The position numbers and the translations under genes are program-made. The notes below the pieces were generated by a model. The model did no database searches and had not been told where the DNA came from. It worked only from the letters and a program-made list of their open reading frames with translations. This document shows positions 1 through 12,137 of a stretch of 64,000 bases of DNA, in pieces; the first letter of the stretch is position 1; every line of letters starts with the position of its first letter. This DNA is from Callorhinchus milii (taxonomy: Eukaryota), in the NCBI RefSeq assembly GCF_018977255.1, contig NW_024704760.1:3348001-3412000 (forward strand), given 5' to 3'.

Positions 1-2172
1 GAGATACTCGATCTCGACGACTGTTTGTGGGTCACTGCTGTGCGCAACTGGCTGCCGCGTTTCGCCCACAAAAAATATATACGACCAATTCACTTTACAA
101 CATATATTCTGTGAAACACTTTGTCACGCAGATGTCACAAACTATACATTGTATCCTGAGATAGTAATAAGAATTAATCTTCTCTCGTGCGCTCTCAAAA
201 GCATATAACATGTTGGTAACAGTGGTTTTATGGACTGCATATAATACTTACCATCCGAGGACTTCCATGACTTGGAAAACCTCTTCGATATTGGCTGTTT
301 GCTTTTTCCAACAACAGTTGTCTTTTTCCTTACGTCCCATGATTTCTGAAGATTCTCAAAAGGAGCAGTCCTGGAGAACAGAAAACAACATGAATAACAA
401 CCTGCATTTACACAACGCCCTTCACTCCGGGTCTCGGAACGCTTAACACTGGTTGAGCCTGAAAAAAAGGGGGAACGGGTGGGGGGGGGGGAGAGAGAGA
501 GAGCTGGAGGTGGGGTGGGGGGGGGGGGTGGGAAACAAATGGACATCATTTGGGAATAAACAATGTATAAATAAAAGGAGGAAAAGTGCCTTAGATATTT
601 CATGTGACACAAAATGTGCTGATGGAAAACTGTCCAAAAATCCCCACAGAGGAATTTTTTTTTCATTCAAAAGAAAAGCCAAAAACTTGAAATGGCAAAA
701 CTAAATCTCACGTCACAAATTTCCAGAAAATGTAAATGACAATTGTGAAAAGAAATCCTCTGGATTTCTCTTAAAGGAAACAGAGATTTCAGCTCGTTTA
801 AACTCTCTTCCCTCCCTCTCTCCCTCGCTCTCCCTCTCCTCACCATAAAATAGTTTTTAGCGGTAAATAGACTCGGCGTGTCAGGATAATAGGGTTCAAT
901 TGGAATTAAATAGTTTGGGTCTGGAACAAAAAAAAAGAGGTTTCTTACGAAGAACTGATTCTTGCGATTTCTTCTCCGAGTCTCTCCTGTTTCGAGCTCT
1001 ATCAGAATATCAGATCTAAAGGGATTACACACAGAGAAATCTGGGGCAGCAATTAAGTCAGAGAGGCGAGCCTTAAATGAGAATATTAAGGGAGAGAGAG
1101 GGAGAAACCAACTGATGAAAATAACTGTACAGTAAGTACACTGATGGTCTGACACAGAGAGAAAGGGGTGGCGGGGGTGGGGGGAAGAGAGAGAGGGAGA
1201 GAGAGAGAGAAGGAATTCAGACAAGTCTGGCTTCGATCACAAACAGTCTCACACTGAACACTTAACCCTGTTCGAATAATAATAATAATAATAATCCTCG
1301 CATTTGATATTTTTAAATACTTTTTATATGTTTGAATTCAAATCGTTTGGCTCTTGAAAGAGATCTTCAAGCTCTATCCTTTCCTGCTAATACAGCATCT
1401 TCTCTTGTGTGTTTTTTTTAAAACTATTTCAGGTCCTTTGAGATGGGTCCGAATTAACCCTCACTCGCCCAGTTCCTGAGTCCGCTTGAAACCAACAGAA
1501 TTTAGTTACAACCCAAAAGTGGGTCCGTGGGTTAACTAGAAACCTGTGTCTGGTCAAACGTTATCGCACATCGCTAACTCACTATCTCCGCAGACTGAGA
1601 AAGCGTTAAACAATCGCTTCCAAAGCAACAAGGGACGACAGTTGCCAAAAGAAATAGATGTTTTCAAAAAACAAATGAACATTTTTTAAACAATTAGATT
1701 TTTTTTCTCTCTCGCGCAATCTTAGAAAAATCCCCCCCACCACCCCCCCCAAAAAAAACATGCGCAGAACACTTTTCCGGGATTTATTGCCCTTTTGGGT
1801 TTGCTGGCGATTACAATTTTTAACGTACCGTTAGCCAACCCCCGAAAAAAAGAAATCAGGTTAAAAAAAAATGTTTAAGAGCGTCTTAAAATACAAACGA
1901 GACTTACTCGACTTTACTTGCTCGGCTGCCTCAGAATGACAGCAAATCCTATTTTTGTTGGCTGCACCGGTACAGTAGTTTAATCTCATCGATGAAGTGC
2001 TCCAGTCCACAAACTGCTGCGCTCTGCACTGCACTGCAATGCATTTAGCATTAGGTGTGAAGCCAACTCAATCACACACGCTGGAGAGATGGTATCACTA
2101 AGGAACAGACTCTGCAATCATCAATTTCGTGGGGACAGTGTAAGTGGTTGGTTGGAGATGGGCTTTGCTACT

Positions 2173-2223
2173 GTTAGTTAGTTAGTTAGTTAGTTGGTTG
2201 GTTGGTTAGTTAGTTAATTAGTT
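2173..2223. repeat. (TAGT/TGGT)n microsatellite
   Basis: Direct inspection. Confidence 0.8.
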
Positions 2224-5064
2224 ACCTGGCAACAGAGATGCTCAAAGCGTGATGCCAGCGGTAATGCGAATCAATTTGCTGTCTTCCCGTGGTATGTTAT
2301 AGGGTGAATGGTATGTGTGTGTGTGTGTGTGTCATAGAAGGTGCCCTCTCCAAACGGTCCTGCTTGACTGAACTGAAGATCACCGACTGATGGCTTGAGT
2401 TCTGCATTACTGTACTCTGAATGAAATAGAGACGGGGTGGGGGGGTTGGGGGGGGAGATGGTGTTGGTGTGATTTATCAGCTGGATGGAAATTACAATAA
2501 AAATAACAATGATAACAACTAACGACATTTTAGTAGCGCCTTTCACATCGGGAGGACGTCCCAAGCCGCTGAATAAGGCATTTTTTTTTAAAAAGATAGT
2601 CCCATTCAAGCTCGCTCCTTCCATGGACATTGTGAAACCTATTCTACCCTTTGCTCCTGGATGGGTATGAATAGATTGAACTGCCCCCATACTACCGGAC
2701 GGGCACATATCACTGACCGGAGATTTTCAGACTATGTGAATTCAAGTATCATTGAAGCAAAAAGTGCAATTACAAGGAGAAACACAAGTATAGATGGGAT
2801 AACAATACAACACACAAGTGTATCCTGACGCATAGATATCCACAAAGCACGCAGGCACTGCAATTTTACATGGGCGTGAAAGGCGCTGTACTAAATGCAA
2901 GGGTTATTATTATTACCTCCTCCCTACCTCTCTCCCTGACTCGGGGTCAGATTCCCCCCCACTGTCAAGCGCTCTGGGATTCTACCCCACTTGAAGCATG
3001 CTATATAAATGCAAGTTGTTGTTGATTAAAACTTAGTGAAGAGCATTTTCCCCTCACACAGACCCACCTTTGCCTGGCTCCGATGGAATTATATTTACAT
3101 AAACTAACAGCTATCTACAAGAACTAAATTCCGAGATGCAAAGATCCAAATATTTTTCTTACCTCCAGTCCACGTTATTGAAGCATTAGTGCAAACATAT
3201 AAATATATCACTGGGTCAACTAATACATCAATACGGTATTTTCACAGCGATCTCAGATCCAGAAATCACTTGTACTGTTTATTAATAATTCAAATATTAA
3301 TGTGCAATGGCTGAACATAGATATTTGGCTCAAGGTTAATTTGAACACATAAAGGAATGGAGTAGATTATTGTTGTCCCTGATGTTTCAGAGATGCAGTA
3401 GTTATGACAACACAGTGACTGAACTTAAGCCACAAAATCCCTTTATTTAATCCCAGTTGACCTCCAACAAGCCTTTGCTGCACATGGTCTTGAAATAAGT
3501 ACAGGTGCTGCCTGAATAATATAGTGTTGATTTCCATCAGAGGCTGGCCAAAATGGGTCTGTGTGAGGGGAAAAGGTTATTCACCCGGTTTTAATCACCA
3601 CAATACAATGCAGTAAACATTATCTTTTGCCATACTTCATTGCTGGAATCTAACTGGAATCTGTGGTACAAACCATACAGTCAATTCACTTTACAGGATA
3701 TTCTGTGAAGCGCTTTGAGACGTCTCGAAGACGGAGCTATATCAAGTGCGAGGATTATTATTATACACATATTATTATACTTCTCAAAGAAAATCCGTTA
3801 TGTAAGGTTTATTACATTAAATTCTCTTTAGATTCACTAAAAATGATCATACCATAATAACTGTCACAATATTACAAATTGCATTTATATAGCGCGAGGG
3901 TAGAGTCCCAGAACGCTTAAATATTATTATCTCTTCGCAAAGTTCTGAAATCAAGAAGCACTTTAATTGCAACATGATGTTTACCAACTCTGATCTTAAT
4001 TCCACTGAGAACATATCCATTCAGAACATCCTAAAAAGCACGAGGGATTTTGCCGTTCATGAAGCCATGAACTGATCTGAACCCCTGTGGACTGACTGCT
4101 CCGCAACCTGAAAGCCAAGAGTCGTTTTGTTCATTTTAGCAACAACATTAAATAAAAGGCGTTCTATTGTTAAACGCACTTTAATTCTTTAGACTACCTA
4201 ACGCCGTAAAATCACAGAAGTCATATTGAGGACATGGTATTTAATGACAGTCAAAATGCACCTTTATTTAAACACATATTTTAATATTTCTTTGAGACGT
4301 CTCGAAGACACAATAAGGCGCTCTACCAAATGCAAGGATTATTATTATTATTATACTGTCGATTGAACTAAAGTATAACATTTGGCGTAACTGATCATAA
4401 AAGGTCACTCTTCAATACTGACCTTTTTTCCTATTGATTTGCTGTCGATTTCCGGCCTTTCATGTTTTATTTTAGGTTTCGGGTTTTTTTTCCGTTTCTG
4501 ACGAAAGACACCAAAGAGCAATGAATCCCCGTCAATCAATGTCTGGCAATTTAATGTGGTGCCTGGTTCTGCCCAGGTGGGGGCAGTGGACACATGTACG
4601 AGCCAAGGATAACGAAGGGGAACAAGACATTTACCAATATGTAATGTAACTAGGCAACAAGCAACCATTTTGGATCAAAGCAAGTTGTTTATTGTGCACT
4701 CAATTTGGGCTTTACCGATTGCTAACTTTCCGATGAGTTTGGAGAACGGGGCAAAGAGATTGGACTTAAAAGAGATTCTCCGAGGAGATACTCATTTCTT
4801 CACTGATGTTTGGGACGGGGGCTACAAGTGGAGCATAAACCAATTGGGCCAAATGGCCTGTTTTCCGTGCATTAAGGTTCTATGTAAAGAAACATACACA
4901 GACAGTGTATGTTTTATGCCTTGACAATGTACTGTTTAACTGATCTAATTACTGGATGTTTTGACTTCCTGGTAATTTCCCAACTGCGTTGAATTAATGG
5001 ACACAATATCGGGAATATGCATAGTCCTCAATTATGATATAGAACTGAAAGAGTTGGTACATCG

Positions 5065-5460
5065 ATAAATAATAATCCTTGCATTCACGTCGTGAAGACA
5101 TCTCGAGGAGCTTCAAGGGACGTACTATAAAGTAGTTTGACTGCATTTTGTGGGCGAAATGCAGCAGCCAGTTGTGCACACAACAATGTCCCAGAAACAG
5201 CCGTGGAGTGAACGACCAATTTTATTTGGGGGATTGATGTCCAGGACACAGGGAGAGAAAAACTCCCTTCTTTTTTGATTAGTGCCATGGGATCTTTAAG
5301 GTCCACCTAAACAGACAAATGGGACCTCGGTTTAACATCTCATCCGAAGGACGTCACCTCCAGCAAGGCCAAACCATCCTCCAGGACTGTATTGGAGCAT
5401 TAAACCCACAACCTTCTGACTCAGAGGCGAGAGTTCTACCACTGAGCCAGGCTGACACAC
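5065..5460 (-). mobile_element. Older DeuSINE (SacSINE1-like) with a longer Deu domain
   Basis: Minus strand reads GGCTCAGTGGTAG head, GGATGAGATGTTAAACCGAGGTCCC...AAAGATCCCATGGCACT, Deu core and the shared tail. Related copies at about 43350-43760 (-), 51905-52220 (+) and 7400-7720 (+). Confidence 0.7.
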
Positions 5461-8400
5461 TTATATAGCTCTTTCAATGTGGAACATCATCACAAGTAGA
5501 ATGATTTGCAGGAATGTGTTGGTGCCCGAACGAATTAGAAGGTAGGAGGAAAGTGGCCGAAAGGATGGAGGAAGAGGTAAGTTTTTTTAGAAGGTGCCTG
5601 AAAGCAAGGAGGAGGATTCTAGGAGCCGTCTAACCTGTACCAATCAGTAGTCCGTCGAATGCGAACATCCTCGAGATGTAATACAAATAGTCAGGGTTAA
5701 TACTCAGGGATCATCAGTGTTAATTGACAGTTTGGTTCTGATTTGTAAGCTCCTGGCAGAGAGCTGCAGTGATGTAAATCGAGTAGAAGAAAATTCATTC
5801 CATGAATTGTTGTACAAAGGTAGCAAAACCAGAATAGAACAAGAAGGGGAGGCTATATAACTCGGGGCTGCCTATCAGCACAATGTAATGCAAGTCATGA
5901 TAAAAGAATTGATATAATGTGGGAGGTGTTGGTTTAACTCAATCCGACACATCTCTCTAGAAAATGATATTAAGAGGATGGCTCAAAAGCACTTCACATG
6001 ATATATAGTAAAACGTAGAGACGGCAGAATGAACTCGATATGGTAAAATGTTCAGACACACTGCGCTCACAATGAAAGGCATCTAAAGCCCCTACACGTG
6101 GAAGCCGAATCTTTCAAATTCCAATCTAAGTGGCAAGACTCCAAAAAAAAAGAGATGAAATCGAGAAAGCACCTTTATGGGGGGGAAAAGAGTTTCCAAA
6201 AGTCAGAAATGCAGATGTGGGTTTATGTTTCACTTCCTGCCACAATAATGAATATCTGTGATTGCAAAAAAAACAACACAAAAAAACCCCCTCCCAACCT
6301 CTACCCACCTGACTGATGACCCATTTCGCCACCGCTCACCAGTAAGTACAGTGTAACATCAACATCTTTTCAAATCTGCTGTGGGTTAAGGAGGTACTCT
6401 GCCAGGATCACAGTGTCGTACACAAACGTGACGTCTGTTTCCAGCGCTTACGATCGTACTTAACAGACAAGGAGTAGAGTGAGGGCCTGTGGCAATCAGA
6501 GTGCTCGCTACCCCATGTGAAGGGGAGCGATATAAATGCAAGTTGCTGTTGTTGTCATGGTCTTGTGTTGTCGCTCTTACGCTCTACAAATGAGTGATTT
6601 CAGGATCAGCAGGGCAAAACCGCAGCAGCAACAACAACACCTTGCATTTATATAGCGCCCCTCACCCCAGGGTGGCGTCCCAGGGCGCTTGACAGCTGCT
6701 TTTGAAAATGGGCGCATGAATTACAGGATCTCAATGAGAGAGACCAATAATAATAATCAATAATTGATCAATAATAATAATAATAATAACCTTGCATTTG
6801 AAAGCGTCATTGAGATGTCTCAAAACGCTTCACAGGATATACTTTAAAGTGGATTGACTGTATTTTGTGGGCGAAACGCGGCAGCCAATTACACACAGCA
6901 GCGTCCCACAAACAGTCGTGGATTTTTGAGAACTACCTGATTATCAGAATACACTATGGCACGTGTTGGTACTGCATTGATCTGCTGAGTAATCACATAG
7001 CCCAATAGACCGTCTCGCTTTCCAGACTCCTTTGAGTCACGCCATTAAAAGCCCTTAAACTGTCCCTTCTGTTATCTCGGTACAGGTTGAGCTTCTGCCT
7101 TTGAATCATTGTGAACCAAGCCCTTGACGTGACGTGACAGCGGAATGTGAGGTTCACTCGAATCTGCTGAGTCCAACGAACTAATTGCCCTTCGTGCACC
7201 CACCACTTTGCAAAAGTTCAGCCTCCAATGTGACGTTCACGGTGAGTTTAAAAGCTGGTTAGGGTGGGTGTTCTGGAGGGACGAGAACAAATGGGCCGGA
7301 GAGCCTTTTTCATCCAAAACGATCTTGTGATCTATTTTAATTCCTAATCCTTGAGTAAACATTTGTCATTATCAGGTATTCACCTGCATCTGCATTGACA
7401 GTGTTACCTTAGCTCAGTTAGTAGATATTTTGCTTCCGCTTTTGAAGGGTCATGAGTTCAAACCCTATGTAGGAACTTTCAGCTCACAGTTTAGGCCCTA
7501 CAGTGCAGTACGGACAGAGAGCTACATACTGTCCTTTGGAAGAGATGCCCCATCTTTCTTCCAGTGACCTGAACAACAATTCTCCCGCTAAATCAATCGT
7601 TCACTTCATGGCTTGTTCGTAGAAACCTCCCTGCTTTTAAACTGGCTGCCACGTTTGCCAACAAATACGCAGTCACTACTTGCGACAACGATTAGCTGAG
7701 AAGCCCTACAGTAAAGGCAAAGTTTATCATCCACGCAGTCCACTGGCAATTTACCTTCAGGAGGAATGCAGTAAATATTTCCCTCAACCCACGATATTTA
7801 CGATTGTTTAAATTGTTTCTTATCAACTCAGATTCCAAGACCATTACGTGCTTCTTGACAGGTCACAATATATATTTGAAATACTGTACATAGTTAATGA
7901 TATGACGAAGACTCGCATGTGTTAATATGCACAAGTTCCTCTACAGCTCAGTTTCCATTGCAACATCCGAATTCCTAGTCCATCCCAAGTTGTAGCAAAG
8001 GCAAATTCCAAAGAGTCAGAAGGAAACCTCAAAACAATACCAGGTGTTATTAAATCCTGTTGTATTGCCTTCGGTGGGCAAGGCACACGTATCTTATTAT
8101 GTTGGAGCTATCTCATGGAGTTGGTGAGTGTTGGGAGTGTCAGGGATGGAATGAACAAACATTGAGCAACAGCGCAATACACACCGAGTGACGTCAGCCT
8201 GAACTATTTCAGGATTGTTTCTCTGAGGTCTTTTAATGTGATTGTGCTTGGCTCATGACCTTTAATCATATTCCTGACACCTGTGATTCAAAGGTGGATT
8301 TTATTGCGGGAAGCATCCACTGGCTCCACTTTGCATTGGCCAATGAGTGGAGGAAGTTCCTTCAGCGATCCAGTACTTCCTTTATTCCACTTGTGCTTGC

Positions 8401-8796
8401 AACATGATAACACAGCCCAGCAGCCTATCACATACAATAGTGCGTGTGAAATCCTCTACATACCTCCATTGACATCATGTCTCTGACCAGTGCTAATGAC
8501 GATACAGGTTGATTATCAAGTCAGGTGCTATTGATAAGAACTAAATATTCTTCACATTTTTGACAATCCAAACGGATTACAAATTAACAGGTGATTGCCA
8601 TGACCTTACTGCTCCATCCCTCCTTTCTCTCTCTCTCTCTCTCTCTCCCTCAGTCACTCTGAGATGGTTGACCATCATTGGGTATCCAAAGGAAAGCACT
8701 GTAAACATCCCAATATCCGAATGTTCTGTATTTTGGGAGATTATTGACAACTAATATCCTGACCTATTTATACTCCCATACTCTGTCCTTCCACCA

Positions 8797-8950
8797 TAGG
8801 AACATAAGAACAGGAGTAGGCCATTCAGCCCCTTCAAGCCTGTCCCGTCATTCTATTAGATCATGGCTGATCTGTATTTCAACTCAAATTACCCGCCTTT
8901 GATCCATACGCTGACCTAAAAAAAATCTATCCACCTCAATCTTGAATATT
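8797..8950 (-). mobile_element. CR1-clade LINE 3' end
   Basis: Same 3' end as the 44012 copy, with a cataagaa-type terminal repeat. Confidence 0.65.
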
Positions 8951-10169
8951 TTGAACGGGAATTTTATTTTATTTGAAAAAAATTTTTTTTTAATTTGAAA
9001 AATTTCTCTGGTGCTTTAGTGGTCTGGTTTACGGTGCATTGCCTCTCGTAAACCATGTGCCTGTGGTTGAGTGGATGCACGGTATGTCAGAGTGGGGGAG
9101 ATAAAATCAATCCAACTGTAGTCAATCAATGGCTAGGCTGCTCTAAAGTCAGAAACCTTGTGAGTTCAGCGTTACAATTTACTGTGGGACGTGTGTCCAT
9201 TTCCAGTTATGAACCTTGATGGATAAAAGGGAAGAGAAACGTTTTAATGAAGCTCGGTGGTGTTGCTTGGTCTGCCTGGGTCAAGCGTTCTTTCTGACTC
9301 GGAAGTAAGATTGCTACCACTGAGCCAGGCTGGCACACAATTTAATGAATTCAATTAATTCAAGAGCAAATGAGGAGGTCAAGAGAATTTTCTCACGGCC
9401 AGAGTAGTTAGGATGCGGAATGCCCTGCCAGGAACAGTAGTTGAGGCAAAATCTATACTGCCCTTCAAGACTAGATCAATACCTTGAAAGGAATCAGTTA
9501 GAGGGGTATGGGGATAGGACAGGGAAATGGAACTGAAAGGATTGGTCTTAAGGGAGCGGCACATACCAAATGATAAAGCCGCAGTATTAAATGCAAGGAT
9601 TATTATTGCTATTATCTTACTCCGGAGCTACATTTTAACCAATATCGATTTGCAAGGAAATAAGCACAATCCCCTTTGTAAAATATTACACTGTGTATAA
9701 TATAAACTCGGTAAAATTCATTCTCATAGCAGGTGTGGTTTATAGCTGGGTGCTTTCTTAAGTGAAACTCTATTATCAAATTGATAACACATCCATTATT
9801 GCTCCAACTGATTTATTTATCTGCAGATGAAACAAGATTAATATAGCGAACAGGCCTGGATCAAAGAGCAAGCTACGAGTGCTTACTAAGTTGTAAAGGT
9901 TGCACATGAAAACGTAGCAACCAAGCAACAGTCTTCCCAAAATACCCCGCAGAACAGATTTCCGCAACACAATTCGCATCTGTCACAACCTTCGGGAACC
10001 ACTTACAAAATATCGTACAGTTACTGCGCGTTACAGGAAAATCCTGGGGAGCGCTTTGAGACGTCCTCCTGTCTACGTGTGGGTGCCGGTGGGAGCTGAA
10101 GAGGGTGGGGAAGGGAAAAGGTGACCAGAAGAGAGGTTGAGGAAGTAAGCTTGAGGCCGGTTACTAGAC

Positions 10170-10547
10170 TTGAAGTCGATGGTTTTCGACTTCAAGATCC
10201 TCGCCCTTGTCTTCAAATCTCTCCACTCCTCTGCACCCCCCGACCTCCTCTCTCCTCACAATAGTGCCCGTTGCCTTTGCTTCAACGGGTCTGGCCTCCT
10301 CTTTGTCCCCCGAGTCTCCGCTCCACCATCAGCCACTACGCCCCGAGGCTCTGGAACTCCCTTCCTCACTCCCTTCGCCTCACCCCTCTCTTCCTATTTT
10401 CAGGTCTCTGCTGAAGACCTTTCTTCTCGACCGCGCCTTTGGTCACCTTCCCTCCCTCCCTCCGGCTCGGCCCCCGGGATCCGTTACTGCGCTCCGAGAT
10501 GCAGTCCGGCGTGGAGGGCGCTATATAAATCCAAATTGTTGTTGTTT
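10170..10547 (+). mobile_element. L2 LINE 3' fragment
   Basis: DFKILALVFKSLH and FRSLLKTFLLDRAF-type translations in shifted frames; tail AGGGCGCTATATAAAT(TTG)n. Confidence 0.8.
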
Positions 10548-10953
10548 TGCTAAAAAAGCATTTCCCTTTATCAACCCCCAAACACACAGATGGAGTGGGC
10601 CCAACGAACACCTTTTGTTTTAACAGTCCTCTTGATCACACAGCTCGTTGCTAAGGGAACACGATAGCGGAGTTCATCTCTGCTGAGCACCCAGCTACAT
10701 GTTCTCGCCAACACCTGGGTGCCACCAGCTGTGCCTTGGTTGGAGGGCGAGACTTCGAGTGCATCATGTGAAAATGATCATGGGTGATAACTATCACATC
10801 ACATCCCGCAAATTCTCTTTCTCCCACCCTCATTCCCCCAAACCTCACCCCCACCTCAGCGGAAGGCAAATAGCGCCGAAGGTTAAGAGCTGCCACCACC
10901 CCATTGTGGGAGATTTTCTTTGGCCACACTTTCTACCCTTCTTCTCTCCTAAA

Positions 10954-11276
10954 TGTGGAGTCCTGTAGCTCAGTGGTTAGAGCGCTTTGCAAGTGAGAGA
11001 CCTGAGCTCAATTCCAGGCAGAGGGCGAAACCTTGGGCAAGTTTCCTCACTCCACACAGAGCCTAATAATAATCCCTCCAAAAAAACAATACAATAATAA
11101 ATTGGTCATTTTCAATCCATGACTGCTTGTGGGACACTGCTGTGCGCAATTGGCTGCCGCGTTCGCCCACAAATATACAGTCAATTCACTTTACAGTCTA
11201 TTCTGTGAAGCGCTTTGGGACGTCTAGAAGACTTGAAAAGCGCTATATCAAATGCAAGGATTATTATTATTATTAT
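10954..11276 (+). mobile_element. Full-length tRNA-derived Deu-domain SINE, short subfamily
   Basis: A box TAGCTCAGTGG, B box GAGCTCAATTCC, Deu core GTGGGACACTGCTGTGCGCAATTGGCTGCCGCG, L2-like tail and (TTA)n end. Confidence 0.9.
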
Positions 11277-11974
11277 AACTCTCGCTGGCTTCCAATGGGA
11301 ACCCTGTGCCCACTTATGTAAGCGCAAGGACTAACCTTTCAAAACCAGCCCATGCATTGCTACAATCAATAAGAGCGCTCAGTGAATCGATGTGTGATTA
11401 TATGGCGTGATGCTTTTATACAACATTTGAAACGGTGCGTATCCAGCAACTCACCAGATTGCTCTTGTATGTTCAAATAGACATTTTTAGTGGCTCTTAC
11501 AACCATTTTGACAGGGTCGTAACCGGTCACATTTATGACTACAGGCTGTTAATGTTTAATCGGCTCACTGGTTTAAAGATGTTACGATTTGCAGAAATGT
11601 CCTTCACCCAAAGTACACCTGGAAACTGGAATCCAAACATCAGTAACTGTGCAAAGAGAGGCAAGATGTGGTAGTTAGTAAGACAAACACGTCCAGTTCC
11701 TGTGCTGCAGGCACAGCCTGGCATCAAGAATGCATTTCTTCCAAACCGAAGTGTCAGAAATATCTTCATTGACAATAAATAAGGGTATCTATTTTTAACC
11801 CACTGTTTGTTATCCCTTGTACCTGAGGCCTGGAACACCACCTCGTCTTATTTAGCTCGTACGTCCATTTTCACCTTAAGATTTAAGTATTGCGGGAAAA
11901 TTATTAAATGCAGTCTTCACTCGGAGTGCGGGGTTTTCCGAGCAAAACATTCGGTTAACAGCTTGAGAACTCGA

Positions 11975-12137
11975 AATTCAAAAGGGAATTGGATAGGTAC
12001 GTAAAAAGGAAAATAAAAATCGCAGGGCTACGGGGTAAGAGCGGCAGAGTGGGACAGGTTGGATGGCTCTTTCAAAGAGCCGACACAGGCACGATGGGCT
12101 GAATGGCCTCTTTCTGTGCTGTAAGATTCTATGATTA
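11975..12137 (+). mobile_element. CR1-clade LINE 3' end, second family
   Basis: gatgggctgaatggcctctttctgtgctgtaagattctatgatt terminal motif; related pieces at about 37578-37640 and 4820-4885. Confidence 0.6.

Noticed and set aside
142-1224. 174-aa and 185-aa minus-strand ORFs
   Set aside because: Built from G runs, GA microsatellites and A/T tracts; no homology recognised.
11127-11321. Recurrent small ORFs ([27 protein letters not shown]...CKDYYY) looking like a multicopy peptide family
   Set aside because: Translations of the SINE Deu core and tail; frames and starts differ among copies.
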